IMG/VR virus record: IMGVR_UViG_3300028571_002266
Coordinates: 96,001 to 160,000 of that record
Direction: 5' to 3' (one strand)
From: a virus
DNA length: 64,000 nt
The position numbers and the translations under genes were made by a program. Positions 1 through 7,926 of this stretch are shown one piece after another (positions within the stretch are counted from its first letter, which is position 1; every line of letters starts with the position of its first letter). Under the pieces are notes generated by a model. It saw only the letters and a list, made by a program, of their open reading frames with translations. It made no database searches and was not told where the DNA came from.

Positions 1-2
1 TG

Positions 3-230
3 CAGCCGGGCCTTGATAATATAGCGTATCTAAATTCTCAAAGAAAAGTAAATTACACAAAAAGATATTTTGTCATAAATTCTGGTTATAAAAAAATATT
101 GAGAATCACAACTAAAAGTGGCAAAGTCTTGCTTCTCTCGCCTGATCATCCAGTCTTGACTGATAAATTGAAATATATAAAGGCAGGAGTTCTTAAAATT
201 GGAGATAAAGTTGGAGTAATTAAAAAATAA
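3..230 (+). CDS. dnaE: 3' end of an N-terminal split-intein fragment (IntN), presumably fused to the N-half of DNA polymerase III alpha; runs off the window start
   Basis: Frame 3 is open from 3 to TAA 228-230: ...NSGYKKILRITTKSGKVLLLSPDHPVLTDKLKYIKAGVLKIGDKVGVIKK*. This is intein block B (SPDH) plus the usual IntN end (LKIGDKV). Not in the ORF track. The extein lies outside the window, so dnaE is inferred from the downstream half. Confidence 0.8.
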   Translation, partial: QPGLDNIAYLNSQRKVNYTKRYFVINSGYKKILRITTKSGKVLLLSPDHPVLTDKLKYIKAGVLKIGDKVGVIKK

Positions 231-265
231 TTCATATATATCCTTGCACAGAGCGGGAGATATAT

Positions 266-1279
266 ATGATTTGTAAAATATGCAATAAAGAGGTATCAGA
301 AAAATTTTATCGCCATCTAAATAGTAGTCATAAGATGAAAAAAGGAGATTATCTAAATTTGTTTCCAGAGCAAAAAGAGGAGTACAAAAGTCAAATTTCT
401 GTTTTGTGGAACAAAGGAAAAACCAAGTGCGATGATGATCGCATCATGGCGATTGCCGATAAGATAAAAAAATTCACAGGACAGGAACACATACGAAAGC
501 AAAGATCGGAAAACATGAAAAAAATGTATCAAAATGGTGATATGTTGTCCCCTGAGATGAGAGCTTATGTGCAAAAAAAAGGCACAGATGGATGGGTCAA
601 AAAGGTTAAGGAATCTTCTTTTGAAGAAAGAAAGATATTATTAAAGAATTTTTCTGATGCTGGCAACAAAAAAATACAAGAAAATAAAATAAATCGCACG
701 CCTGAAGATTATATGCGAATTTGCAAAAATGCCAAAGGAAAAGCTCAATATGGTAATTGTGCAGAATGCGGAAATCAAATTGTAATATGGGTTGGAGGCA
801 AGCCACGACCTAAACAAAGATTTTGTAATCAATCATGTCAAAAAATATATCAAAAAAAACATCCTTTTTATACATTATCTCATGTTGGAAAGCATTATTT
901 TTCAGAAAAAATGCAATGTGAATTTTATCTAAGATCAAAATTAGAAATTTGGCTTGCAGAAATGTTAGATGTAAATGAAAAAGTGAATTCTTGGCATATT
1001 ACACCATTCGCTGTAAGCTACGAGTTTCATGGAAAAAAACGATTGTATTACCCAGATTTCATGATAAACTCAAAGTGGGTTGTTGAATTGAAATCTGGTT
1101 ATATATTTGACATCGATGCCGACAAAAATAGAGCAAAGTTTATGGCTGCACAAGATTATTCAGAGGAGATAAATTGTGAGTTTTTTTATTGGCAATTTGA
1201 TAATCACAATATGACAAAAAAGTTATTTGAAAAAGATCAAAGGGTGATTGATTTCTTTTCATTTTTACAGGAAGCATGA
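266..1279 (+). CDS. Free-standing putative homing endonuclease: C2H2 Zn finger, CxxC/FCxxxC module and TnsA-N-like PD-(D/E)xK nuclease
   Basis: CKIC..HLNSSH; WNKGKTK; CAEC..FCNQSC; RSKLE..YYPDF..VVELKSG..K; SD GGGAG upstream. Confidence 0.8.
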   Translation: MICKICNKEVSEKFYRHLNSSHKMKKGDYLNLFPEQKEEYKSQISVLWNKGKTKCDDDRIMAIADKIKKFTGQEHIRKQRSENMKKMYQNGDMLSPEMRAYVQKKGTDGWVKKVKESSFEERKILLKNFSDAGNKKIQENKINRTPEDYMRICKNAKGKAQYGNCAECGNQIVIWVGGKPRPKQRFCNQSCQKIYQKKHPFYTLSHVGKHYFSEKMQCEFYLRSKLEIWLAEMLDVNEKVNSWHITPFAVSYEFHGKKRLYYPDFMINSKWVVELKSGYIFDIDADKNRAKFMAAQDYSEEINCEFFYWQFDNHNMTKKLFEKDQRVIDFFSFLQEA

Positions 1280-1280
1280 A

Positions 1281-1412
1281 ATGCTTGATTTTGAAGAAAT
1301 AGTTCAGATTGAAGAGGTTGGTGAAGATGATTGTTATGATATTATGTTGTTAGAAAAAGACTTGTATTTGGACGAGCCAAATTTTATAGCTAACGATATT
1401 GTTGTTCACAAT
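1281..1412 (+). mobile_element. Split intein C-fragment (IntC, 44 aa)
   Basis: MLDFEEIVQIEEVGEDDCYDI...NFIANDIVVHN followed by Cys+1 (CGMDKRYVERKKG): blocks F and G. Confidence 0.92.
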
Positions 1413-3800
1413 TGTGGCATGGACAAGCGTTATGTTGAGCGTAAGAAGGGTCATGAAAAATATGAAATTCATCATTTAATCAAGCCTATTCTTGAAAAAA
1501 CATATGGAGTTATGATTTATCAAGAGCAAATCATGCAGATATTGAATGTTGTTGGTGAAATTCCTTTGAAGGATTGTGAAGCTGTAAGAAAAGCTATATC
1601 AAAGAAGAAAATAGAATCTATTGAAAAATATAAAGATATGTTTATTAAGAATGGGCAGAAAAATTTAAGTTTTACAAAAGAACAAATGGAAGAGTTTTTT
1701 AATCAAATATTGTCTTGGAGTGAATATGGCTTTAATAAAACTTTGACCGAAGACACAATTATAAATTGTGTTGATGGCGCAAAGCAAATAAAAGACATTT
1801 GTGCCGGAGACATAGTTTATTCTATAAATGAAAAGGGAGAACAGGTACAAACTGAAGTTGCGGCAGTTCATGATCATGGCGTGGTCAATGTTGTGGAGGC
1901 GACATTTGATGACGGCTATGTTGTGAGGTGTACTTATGATCACAAATTTTTGACTGAAGAAGGACAAGTTCCTCTTTGGTTAATTGTTAAAGACAACATG
2001 GTTGTGCTGAGTTCTCCGTTGGGAGAACATGCAGGGGAAGAAAAAGAATGGTCATCTGGCAAGGTGTGGACAAATAATAAAAACTCTGGAAAAGATGAAA
2101 GAGCATCGAGAGAATTGCAAGGAGTGCAACTATCTGAAGTGGAGGCTGGAGGGAAAGAAATACATTTCCAGATGCGGAGTGGAATTTCTGCGTTCACCTC
2201 AACTGGTCCAAAATCATCAGAAAACTGGAGAAATGAATTCGGAGTGGTTCACTTCACTCCAGAGTATGCTTCTATCACCAATACCCGGAATTTGGTGTCT
2301 AGGAGAATATTACGAGTTGTGACCGTGGGTAAAAGACAATGTTACGATCTTGAAGTCGCCATCTCAACTCACAACTTTATTCTTCCGAATGGAATAATCA
2401 CATCGAACTCACATGCTGTGGCTTATACTTACATCAGCATGTATCTTTTGTATTTGAAGGTTCATTACCCTCATGAATTTTATGCTAGCATGTTATCATG
2501 TGAGACTTTGGCTGAGAAGATAAAAGACATTAAGATGGAGGCTAAGATACATGGTGTTGAGATGCATCGTCTTGACATTAACAAATCTGGCATTAATTTT
2601 GAGCTTAAGGATAATTTAATTTATTTTGGTTTTAGTAATGTGAAGGGTATAGGAGAGGGTCCTGCTCAAAAGATAGTGGCTGGTCAGCCGTATCGTAGTT
2701 TTGAGGATTTCCTTTATCGATGTGGAACAGATGCTTCGATGTTGAAGCCGATACTTGGTTTAAGATGTTTTAGGGATCGTGATCCAATTACTTTGTGGAA
2801 ATTTGCAGAGCATTTCAAAGAATGTTTTAAGAAAAACGAAGAGAAGCGCAAGCGTTTTGGTACTTCTTTGGAGAGGTACGAAGACGAGTTAAGGGAGCTT
2901 ATTCCTGAAGTTGAATTCAAATTATCTGATTTGAGTGGTGATTCACCATTTGATAACATTGAGTATCAGCAAAAATATGATAAGGAAGAGGAGATTACTG
3001 TTCTCAAGGAGTATGAGTGTAAGGAAGGGGATGGTGTTGGAAGGATTGAGATGGTATATGTTCCTGTTGATGGGACTGATGTTGTGATTGAGCGTGAGGT
3101 GATGAGATATTACAAGAAGATTGCTACTAAGAGGCCTTGGAACAGGTGGAAGGATCTTAAGAATCTTTGGAATAAAAGAAAGAGAACTATAGCGAGATTT
3201 TCTGATGCTGATTTCAAGACATTGCCAAGATTGATTGATTTCGATCCAGACCAATATGATATACCTAAGGATTTGGCTAAGGAGTTTAAGAATCCGGTTG
3301 TTTCAGAAGAAAAGTTTTATGGATTTGCTTGGATTCATGAGCTTGAGAGAAGTCCTGATTATAGAGGGAATTTGACATTTGATTCTTTGAGAAGTGACAT
3401 TGACAGTTCTTCTGGTCCTGTTGAGTTGAGGGTTAAGAAAGTAATTCAGATGACTAGTAAAAAGGGTTCTACTTATTCTCAGGTATTGGCGGAAGATGTT
3501 ACTGGTCAAGAGAATAAGATTAATGTTTGGTCTGATGACTGGGATCGTTGGCATAAAGAATTAAGTGAAGGTAACTTAATTAGGATAAGATTGCAACCTC
3601 CTTCTGGTGGTTTCAATACATTCTTGTTGGAATCAAATCAGAATGGCAAGTATAGAGGTCAGAAGAGATATCGAGACAAGGATGATGATCCTCGTGTTAT
3701 TGTCATGAGAGTTGGCTTAAAAGAAGAAGAGAAATTCATGACAGATGAAGAGGTTTTGGAACTTTTTAATAATTTAGGTATGGAAAATAAAAATGACTGA
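1281..3800 (+). CDS. dnaE: DNA polymerase III alpha, C-terminal half (IntC + extein + cis intein + extein)
   Basis: TYGVMIYQEQIMQI, RKAISKKK, YGFNK/SHAVAY, YLKVHYPHEFYA, VKGIG (HhH), C-terminal OB fold. Start moved to ATG 1281 (SD AGGA, 1 nt after the endonuclease stop). Confidence 0.93.
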   Translation: MLDFEEIVQIEEVGEDDCYDIMLLEKDLYLDEPNFIANDIVVHNCGMDKRYVERKKGHEKYEIHHLIKPILEKTYGVMIYQEQIMQILNVVGEIPLKDCEAVRKAISKKKIESIEKYKDMFIKNGQKNLSFTKEQMEEFFNQILSWSEYGFNKTLTEDTIINCVDGAKQIKDICAGDIVYSINEKGEQVQTEVAAVHDHGVVNVVEATFDDGYVVRCTYDHKFLTEEGQVPLWLIVKDNMVVLSSPLGEHAGEEKEWSSGKVWTNNKNSGKDERASRELQGVQLSEVEAGGKEIHFQMRSGISAFTSTGPKSSENWRNEFGVVHFTPEYASITNTRNLVSRRILRVVTVGKRQCYDLEVAISTHNFILPNGIITSNSHAVAYTYISMYLLYLKVHYPHEFYASMLSCETLAEKIKDIKMEAKIHGVEMHRLDINKSGINFELKDNLIYFGFSNVKGIGEGPAQKIVAGQPYRSFEDFLYRCGTDASMLKPILGLRCFRDRDPITLWKFAEHFKECFKKNEEKRKRFGTSLERYEDELRELIPEVEFKLSDLSGDSPFDNIEYQQKYDKEEEITVLKEYECKEGDGVGRIEMVYVPVDGTDVVIEREVMRYYKKIATKRPWNRWKDLKNLWNKRKRTIARFSDADFKTLPRLIDFDPDQYDIPKDLAKEFKNPVVSEEKFYGFAWIHELERSPDYRGNLTFDSLRSDIDSSSGPVELRVKKVIQMTSKKGSTYSQVLAEDVTGQENKINVWSDDWDRWHKELSEGNLIRIRLQPPSGGFNTFLLESNQNGKYRGQKRYRDKDDDPRVIVMRVGLKEEEKFMTDEEVLELFNNLGMENKND
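1740..2408 (+). mobile_element. Cis intein (223 aa) in the DnaE YGFNK/SHA motif, Thr1...Ser-Asn
   Basis: TLTEDT (block A), RCTYDHKFLT (block B), CYDLEV..HNFILPNGIITSN/S (blocks F, G); removing it restores YGFNKSHAVAY. Confidence 0.92.
2029..2322 (+). pseudogene. Out-of-frame ORF nested in the cis intein; probable remnant of a Zn-finger endonuclease gene
   Basis: GGGAGA just upstream of the ATG; RCG...H.ENCKEC then a second RCG...HQKT repeat that breaks off; the intein frame here reads as non-domain linker. Confidence 0.55.
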
Positions 3801-4287
3801 TGAATTAATTATCGATGAAAATAATTTTAGTACTTATTTCAGGGATTGTCGTTTGCATCGTCCTGAAAGAAGTGATGTCATGGCAAGATATTCTGCAATT
3901 GCAGAGTTTATTGATGGTCAGATGAAGAAAGATATCATTAATTTGCTTTCAAGTTATGACAGTAAGGCTATTGCTGCTACTCAGGTTATGAGGAAGCTTG
4001 GATGTGCTACAGAAGGCGAATCTATAAGAATATGCAGGGAGGTAGCAGAAGATTTAGCTAATGGTATGGGGCCATTGGAAGTTGAGAATAAAGTTTACAA
4101 ATATAAGATGGAAGTTTTTTATTATACGAAGAGGGAATACGTTCCTGTTGATGATCCACATTGGACAGTAATTAGTATTGCAAATTTGGATAAATTCTTG
4201 GATAATGCAAATCAATTGGTTTCGATTAAGTCAAAAATCATTGAACCGGAGAGTTCAAATGAGATACAAGTTGAGCAACATGTCTGA
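3793..4287 (+). CDS. hypothetical protein
   Basis: 164-aa ORF overlapping the dnaE stop. Confidence 0.75.
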   Translation: MTDELIIDENNFSTYFRDCRLHRPERSDVMARYSAIAEFIDGQMKKDIINLLSSYDSKAIAATQVMRKLGCATEGESIRICREVAEDLANGMGPLEVENKVYKYKMEVFYYTKREYVPVDDPHWTVISIANLDKFLDNANQLVSIKSKIIEPESSNEIQVEQHV

Positions 4288-4834
4288 TGAAGTTGTTCTG
4301 ATTGATACTCCTTACTGTCCTGATGCTGGTAATTTTGCAAGAACTCGAAAGATTGTTGAAGAAAAATATAAAATTGATAATTGGTTTTATTGTCGTGATC
4401 TTTTCCATAATGTTTTATGGAATTTGAAAATATTTTTCTTTAGCCACAATTGGAACAGGGGTTCTTCTGTGGCTGCTTTTATGAAAAAAATTGAAGATAT
4501 TCTTGATGTTGAACCAAGATCTCAGTTTGGTCGAACCCAAATAAAAAGGGTTATGTGGGTCAAACCGAGTGTTTGGTGGATAAAGCAAGGAATGAGAAGA
4601 TCTTTGTTTACGATACTTTTGCGTGTAGGCGTTAAGTATGTGGTTTCCAAAGATAATTTTGAAGAAGTTATCAAATCAGAAAAATATTTACATCAAACTT
4701 ATTATGCTTTTGAAAGATTTATGAATGGCAATACGAAGTACAAAGGTCATAAACGTGGTTGGTACAAGCAATTTTGTGAAATAAATATGTCGAATGAAGA
4801 GATAGATAAGTTGTTAGTTATGCCAAAAAAATAA
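4280..4834 (+). CDS. hypothetical protein, paralogue of 32222..32893
   Basis: Shared W..CR..F, F.FSH, PS..W, RSLFT..LR.G..Y, DNF and RFM.G.TKY.G..GW motifs. Confidence 0.8.
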   Translation: MSDEVVLIDTPYCPDAGNFARTRKIVEEKYKIDNWFYCRDLFHNVLWNLKIFFFSHNWNRGSSVAAFMKKIEDILDVEPRSQFGRTQIKRVMWVKPSVWWIKQGMRRSLFTILLRVGVKYVVSKDNFEEVIKSEKYLHQTYYAFERFMNGNTKYKGHKRGWYKQFCEINMSNEEIDKLLVMPKK

Positions 4835-4921
4835 TTTTATCGGCATAGATAAGAATAATTCTTTATTAAAGAAAAAAGACTGATTAAAAGGATTTTTAAG
4901 TTGCCGGAAAAAGGACAAAAT

Positions 4922-5548
4922 ATGAACAGTATGAGTAGCATGATGGATGATATCAACAAATATGCAGATATTTGGGACAAGGCTTTAGCAAAGGGCATTT
5001 TTAATGGTGCTCCTAAGCCTCCTACTCCAATTGAGCCAGAAGCTAGTGCTGATTTCTTTGGTCAGATGAAGACTGGCGAGTATGACATTGATGCTCCTTT
5101 GAATGAAGGAGAGGCCAAATACTGGAGGGATGTTTCCCGCAGTGCTGCTGGTCGTTCTTCCTATCATATGCCTCTTAATGAAGAGCGTGAAGTAGACAAG
5201 AAGTCGATTAAGAAGGCTTCTAACCGTCTTGGAAGCACCTTTAATCCTGTCTACAACAATACTGTTGGCAAGGATCAAGATTTGGGTACTCCTGACAAGG
5301 TTACCAAGAATTGGGGTGTTGGTGGTAAGGATCTGAATGATCTAGAAGACCTTAAGAAGCGCCTTTATAATCTTGAAGTAGAATTAAGTAAGGCTGGTAT
5401 CATTAAGGGTGAAAAGGGCAAAAAAAAGGCTGATTCAGAAAGCACCATCCTTAAGAGCATGGACGATTTGAAGAAAGACATTGATGGTCTTAGCGACAAG
5501 TTAAATGGCAATCGCACAGACGAGAGCATTCGTCGCAGAAGAAAATAA
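4922..5548 (+). CDS. hypothetical coiled-coil protein
   Basis: SD AAGGA, heptad-rich C-terminus. Confidence 0.75.
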   Translation: MNSMSSMMDDINKYADIWDKALAKGIFNGAPKPPTPIEPEASADFFGQMKTGEYDIDAPLNEGEAKYWRDVSRSAAGRSSYHMPLNEEREVDKKSIKKASNRLGSTFNPVYNNTVGKDQDLGTPDKVTKNWGVGGKDLNDLEDLKKRLYNLEVELSKAGIIKGEKGKKKADSESTILKSMDDLKKDIDGLSDKLNGNRTDESIRRRRK

Positions 5549-5568
5549 CTTTGATTTAATGTTATGTC

Positions 5569-5604
5569 CCCCTTAGAATTTTATAAGTTCTAAGGGGTAT
5601 TTTT
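5569..5604 (+). terminator. Intrinsic terminator-like hairpin overlapping a sigma70-type -10 (TTGATT 5551, 17 bp, TAGAAT 5574)
   Basis: CCCCTTAGAATT...AGTTCTAAGGGG followed by TATTTTT. Confidence 0.6.
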
Positions 5605-6147
5605 ATGTCTGCTAATCCGTGGAAAGCATCTGATGAGGTCATTCAGATTCTAAATCTTGTCAAGTCTAAGCATCATTCTCCTAGACTTGATGATTTTAGA
5701 GTTGCTGTTTGTTTTGATGACAGCAAGCCTTTTGTTAAGAATAAGCTTAATCTTGGAAAATTGAGTAAGTTTAGTGCCACTGCTAGGTTATGGCAGAGGG
5801 AGAAGTATGATTTTTGTTTGATTATTCCGATGGAGTTGTGGACTACTGCTTTGAAGGTTGATCAGAGGGAAGCATATCTTGATCTTATGTTGACTCGTTG
5901 TGACATGGAATATGTTCCAGAAGTTATTGAGGAGAACGGGAAAAAAATCAAGCTTACGGATGAATTTGGCAGGATTAAATACAGTAAAGTTCCGAAAGAG
6001 GATAAGGAAGGAAATGTTAAGTGGAAAATAGATCCTTTGGATCTTGAGGTTTTTGCCAAGAATGTTCGTAAATATGGATTATGGCAAGAAGATTTGTTGA
6101 TTTTCAAAGAAGCGATCTTAGCCGTTGATGGGGGCTTAGGTGGGTAA
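5605..6147 (+). CDS. Phage putative-metallopeptidase family protein with degenerate active site
   Basis: YDF.LII...W...QREAYLD(LMLTR)C...DLEVF...VRKYGLW matches the family layout but HExxH is absent. Confidence 0.6.
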   Translation: MSANPWKASDEVIQILNLVKSKHHSPRLDDFRVAVCFDDSKPFVKNKLNLGKLSKFSATARLWQREKYDFCLIIPMELWTTALKVDQREAYLDLMLTRCDMEYVPEVIEENGKKIKLTDEFGRIKYSKVPKEDKEGNVKWKIDPLDLEVFAKNVRKYGLWQEDLLIFKEAILAVDGGLGG

Positions 6148-6556
6148 ATCAAAACTGATTGAGATTGTTGTGCTGGGTTTGTGGCTTCTTATTGCTATTG
6201 TTTTATTTGTAAGGTTGCAGCCCAGCGCACAATATGTTCCTTCTTCTCCGGAAGGCATTATTAATCCAGAAAAATCTTATGATGTTAAGAAAATATCGAT
6301 AGTTGATGGTAATACTTTTGATTTAATTTTGAATGATAATTCTGTTTCGAGGATATTGGCGGAAATTCCTGTGAAGACTGTAATTGAAGCAAAGAAAAAA
6401 TTAATTGATCTTTTCAACAATTGTGAGAAGCCAAGAGTTGTTTTGAAGAAAAAAGATTCTGATGGGAAGTGGATTGTAGATTTCTATATTCATATTAATT
6501 CTAAAGAAATTGATCTTATTGATTGGATGAGGTCTAATAATTTGGTATATCAATAA
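6140..6556 (+). CDS. Membrane-anchored thermonuclease (SNase)-like protein, degenerate
   Basis: N-terminal TM helix; SIVDGNTF (cf. VIDGDT), DSDGKWIVDFY (cf. DKYGR). Confidence 0.5.
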   Translation: MGKSKLIEIVVLGLWLLIAIVLFVRLQPSAQYVPSSPEGIINPEKSYDVKKISIVDGNTFDLILNDNSVSRILAEIPVKTVIEAKKKLIDLFNNCEKPRVVLKKKDSDGKWIVDFYIHINSKEIDLIDWMRSNNLVYQ

Positions 6557-6568
6557 CTCTTGTAAGTT

Positions 6569-6757
6569 ATGGAAAAGAACTTCATGGTTAGGTGTCACAA
6601 GTGCAGATGGGCGAGGTTATCAACAGGTTTATCCTCTGATCTTGCCGATTTGAAGGAAATTATTTCTTGTCCAACTTGTGGCAAGGCTAGACAATTTAAG
6701 TGTCCAAAGTGTGGTCTTGTGGCTAAGTTGACTAGAGTCAAGAGAACTGATGGATGA
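6569..6757 (+). CDS. small Zn-ribbon protein
   Basis: CHKC, CPTC, CPKC. Confidence 0.75.
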   Translation: MEKNFMVRCHKCRWARLSTGLSSDLADLKEIISCPTCGKARQFKCPKCGLVAKLTRVKRTDG

Positions 6758-7926
6758 AATTAATTAGTTTTTGTCGGCGCAATCCCGGCAATGGTAAGTT
6801 GCTATCCAAAGAAGTATTAATTCCTTCTTTGAAATTTACTGTATTCAAATTCAATAAAAGACCTAAGCCAGAGAATGTTAAAAGAATACTGATAATTAGT
6901 TGTTTTTCTGAGTTTGGTTGTGAAACAATTGGTTTGATGTATTGTATTCCCAAGATCATTTCGAGTAATCCCGGTGCTTATGTAATTTGTGTTGGTTGGT
7001 ATGGGAGAGAATATCTTTACAGGCATCTTGTTGATGAGTTTTGGGAAATTGAAGAAAACGTCATGAATTTGCGTGAATATTCAAATGCTTTTTATAATTC
7101 TTCTTTTAATATTCGTCGTCTTGAAAAGTGTCTTGAAAATTATGGTGTAGTTTTCAAGTGTGCCAATATGGGACAATTATGTGTCAATAATACTTGTGAA
7201 ATTTGTAAAAAAGTTTGGGCTTCTGACAATGTTTCCACTGGATGTCCTTCTTGTTATTCTCAAAAAATAAAAAAAGGTTATCTTGCCGATGTTGCTTATC
7301 ATCGTAAGTTTGCTGTACAGATTCCAAGACCATCTATGAAAGTTCAGAATAAAGCTAAAGATTATTTGAAGCCAAATTCTGTTGGTATTTTTGCAAGAGG
7401 CAGGACGATGTATGGTCGTAATCTATCTCCAGAATTTTATATAAAGCTTATAAAATGTTTGGAGGAAAAGGGTTACAATCCTATATGGCTGGGTGAAAAG
7501 CAGAGTGTCATTCCTTGTCCTGTTGATCACATCATTGATTTTAGTCGTCTTCCTGAATCAAGGGATTTGGAACTTACTTTGGCGATTATATCAAATTTGC
7601 AATTTACTGTTCAGTTTTGGACAGCTTCTACGAGGCTGGCTGGAATGATGGGTGTTCCTTGGATATTATTTGAAAGTCCTGATCAAATAGCGGGTAATGG
7701 GCAAGAGGGCAAGAGGATTGTTCTTACGACTGATTACAACAAGAAAAAATTAATTTTGGCTCATTATTTTAATGTTGTTGAAGATCATGAAAAAGCATTG
7801 AAAATCTTGGATCAGGCTATAGACGAAATGAATGAAGACAATTGGGAAGATATGCTGGGTTTGATAGAAGATGCTGGCATAGTTAACGATATGCTTAAAA
7901 AACAACTTGAATGGAGGTCGATGTGA
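6754..7926 (+). CDS. GT-B glycosyltransferase (GT9/heptosyltransferase-like) with inserted Zn ribbon
   Basis: EFGCE, GRNLSPEFY..LI..L, L.LTLAIIS..QF.V...TASTRLAGMMGVPWI; CEIC..CPSC insert. Confidence 0.65.
   Translation: MKLISFCRRNPGNGKLLSKEVLIPSLKFTVFKFNKRPKPENVKRILIISCFSEFGCETIGLMYCIPKIISSNPGAYVICVGWYGREYLYRHLVDEFWEIEENVMNLREYSNAFYNSSFNIRRLEKCLENYGVVFKCANMGQLCVNNTCEICKKVWASDNVSTGCPSCYSQKIKKGYLADVAYHRKFAVQIPRPSMKVQNKAKDYLKPNSVGIFARGRTMYGRNLSPEFYIKLIKCLEEKGYNPIWLGEKQSVIPCPVDHIIDFSRLPESRDLELTLAIISNLQFTVQFWTASTRLAGMMGVPWILFESPDQIAGNGQEGKRIVLTTDYNKKKLILAHYFNVVEDHEKALKILDQAIDEMNEDNWEDMLGLIEDAGIVNDMLKKQLEWRSM

Noticed and set aside
231-1280. Group I intron explaining the dnaE interruption
   Set aside because: There are only 35 nt before and 1 nt after the endonuclease ORF, leaving no room for a ribozyme core. 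The flanks are intein halves with their own stop and start.
1248-1280. ORF-track start of the dnaE C-half at 1248
   Set aside because: It overlaps the endonuclease, whereas ATG 1281 has an SD and begins a typical IntC.
1740-2408. Class 3 intein
   Set aside because: The WCT triad is absent: Phe at B12 and Asp at F4.
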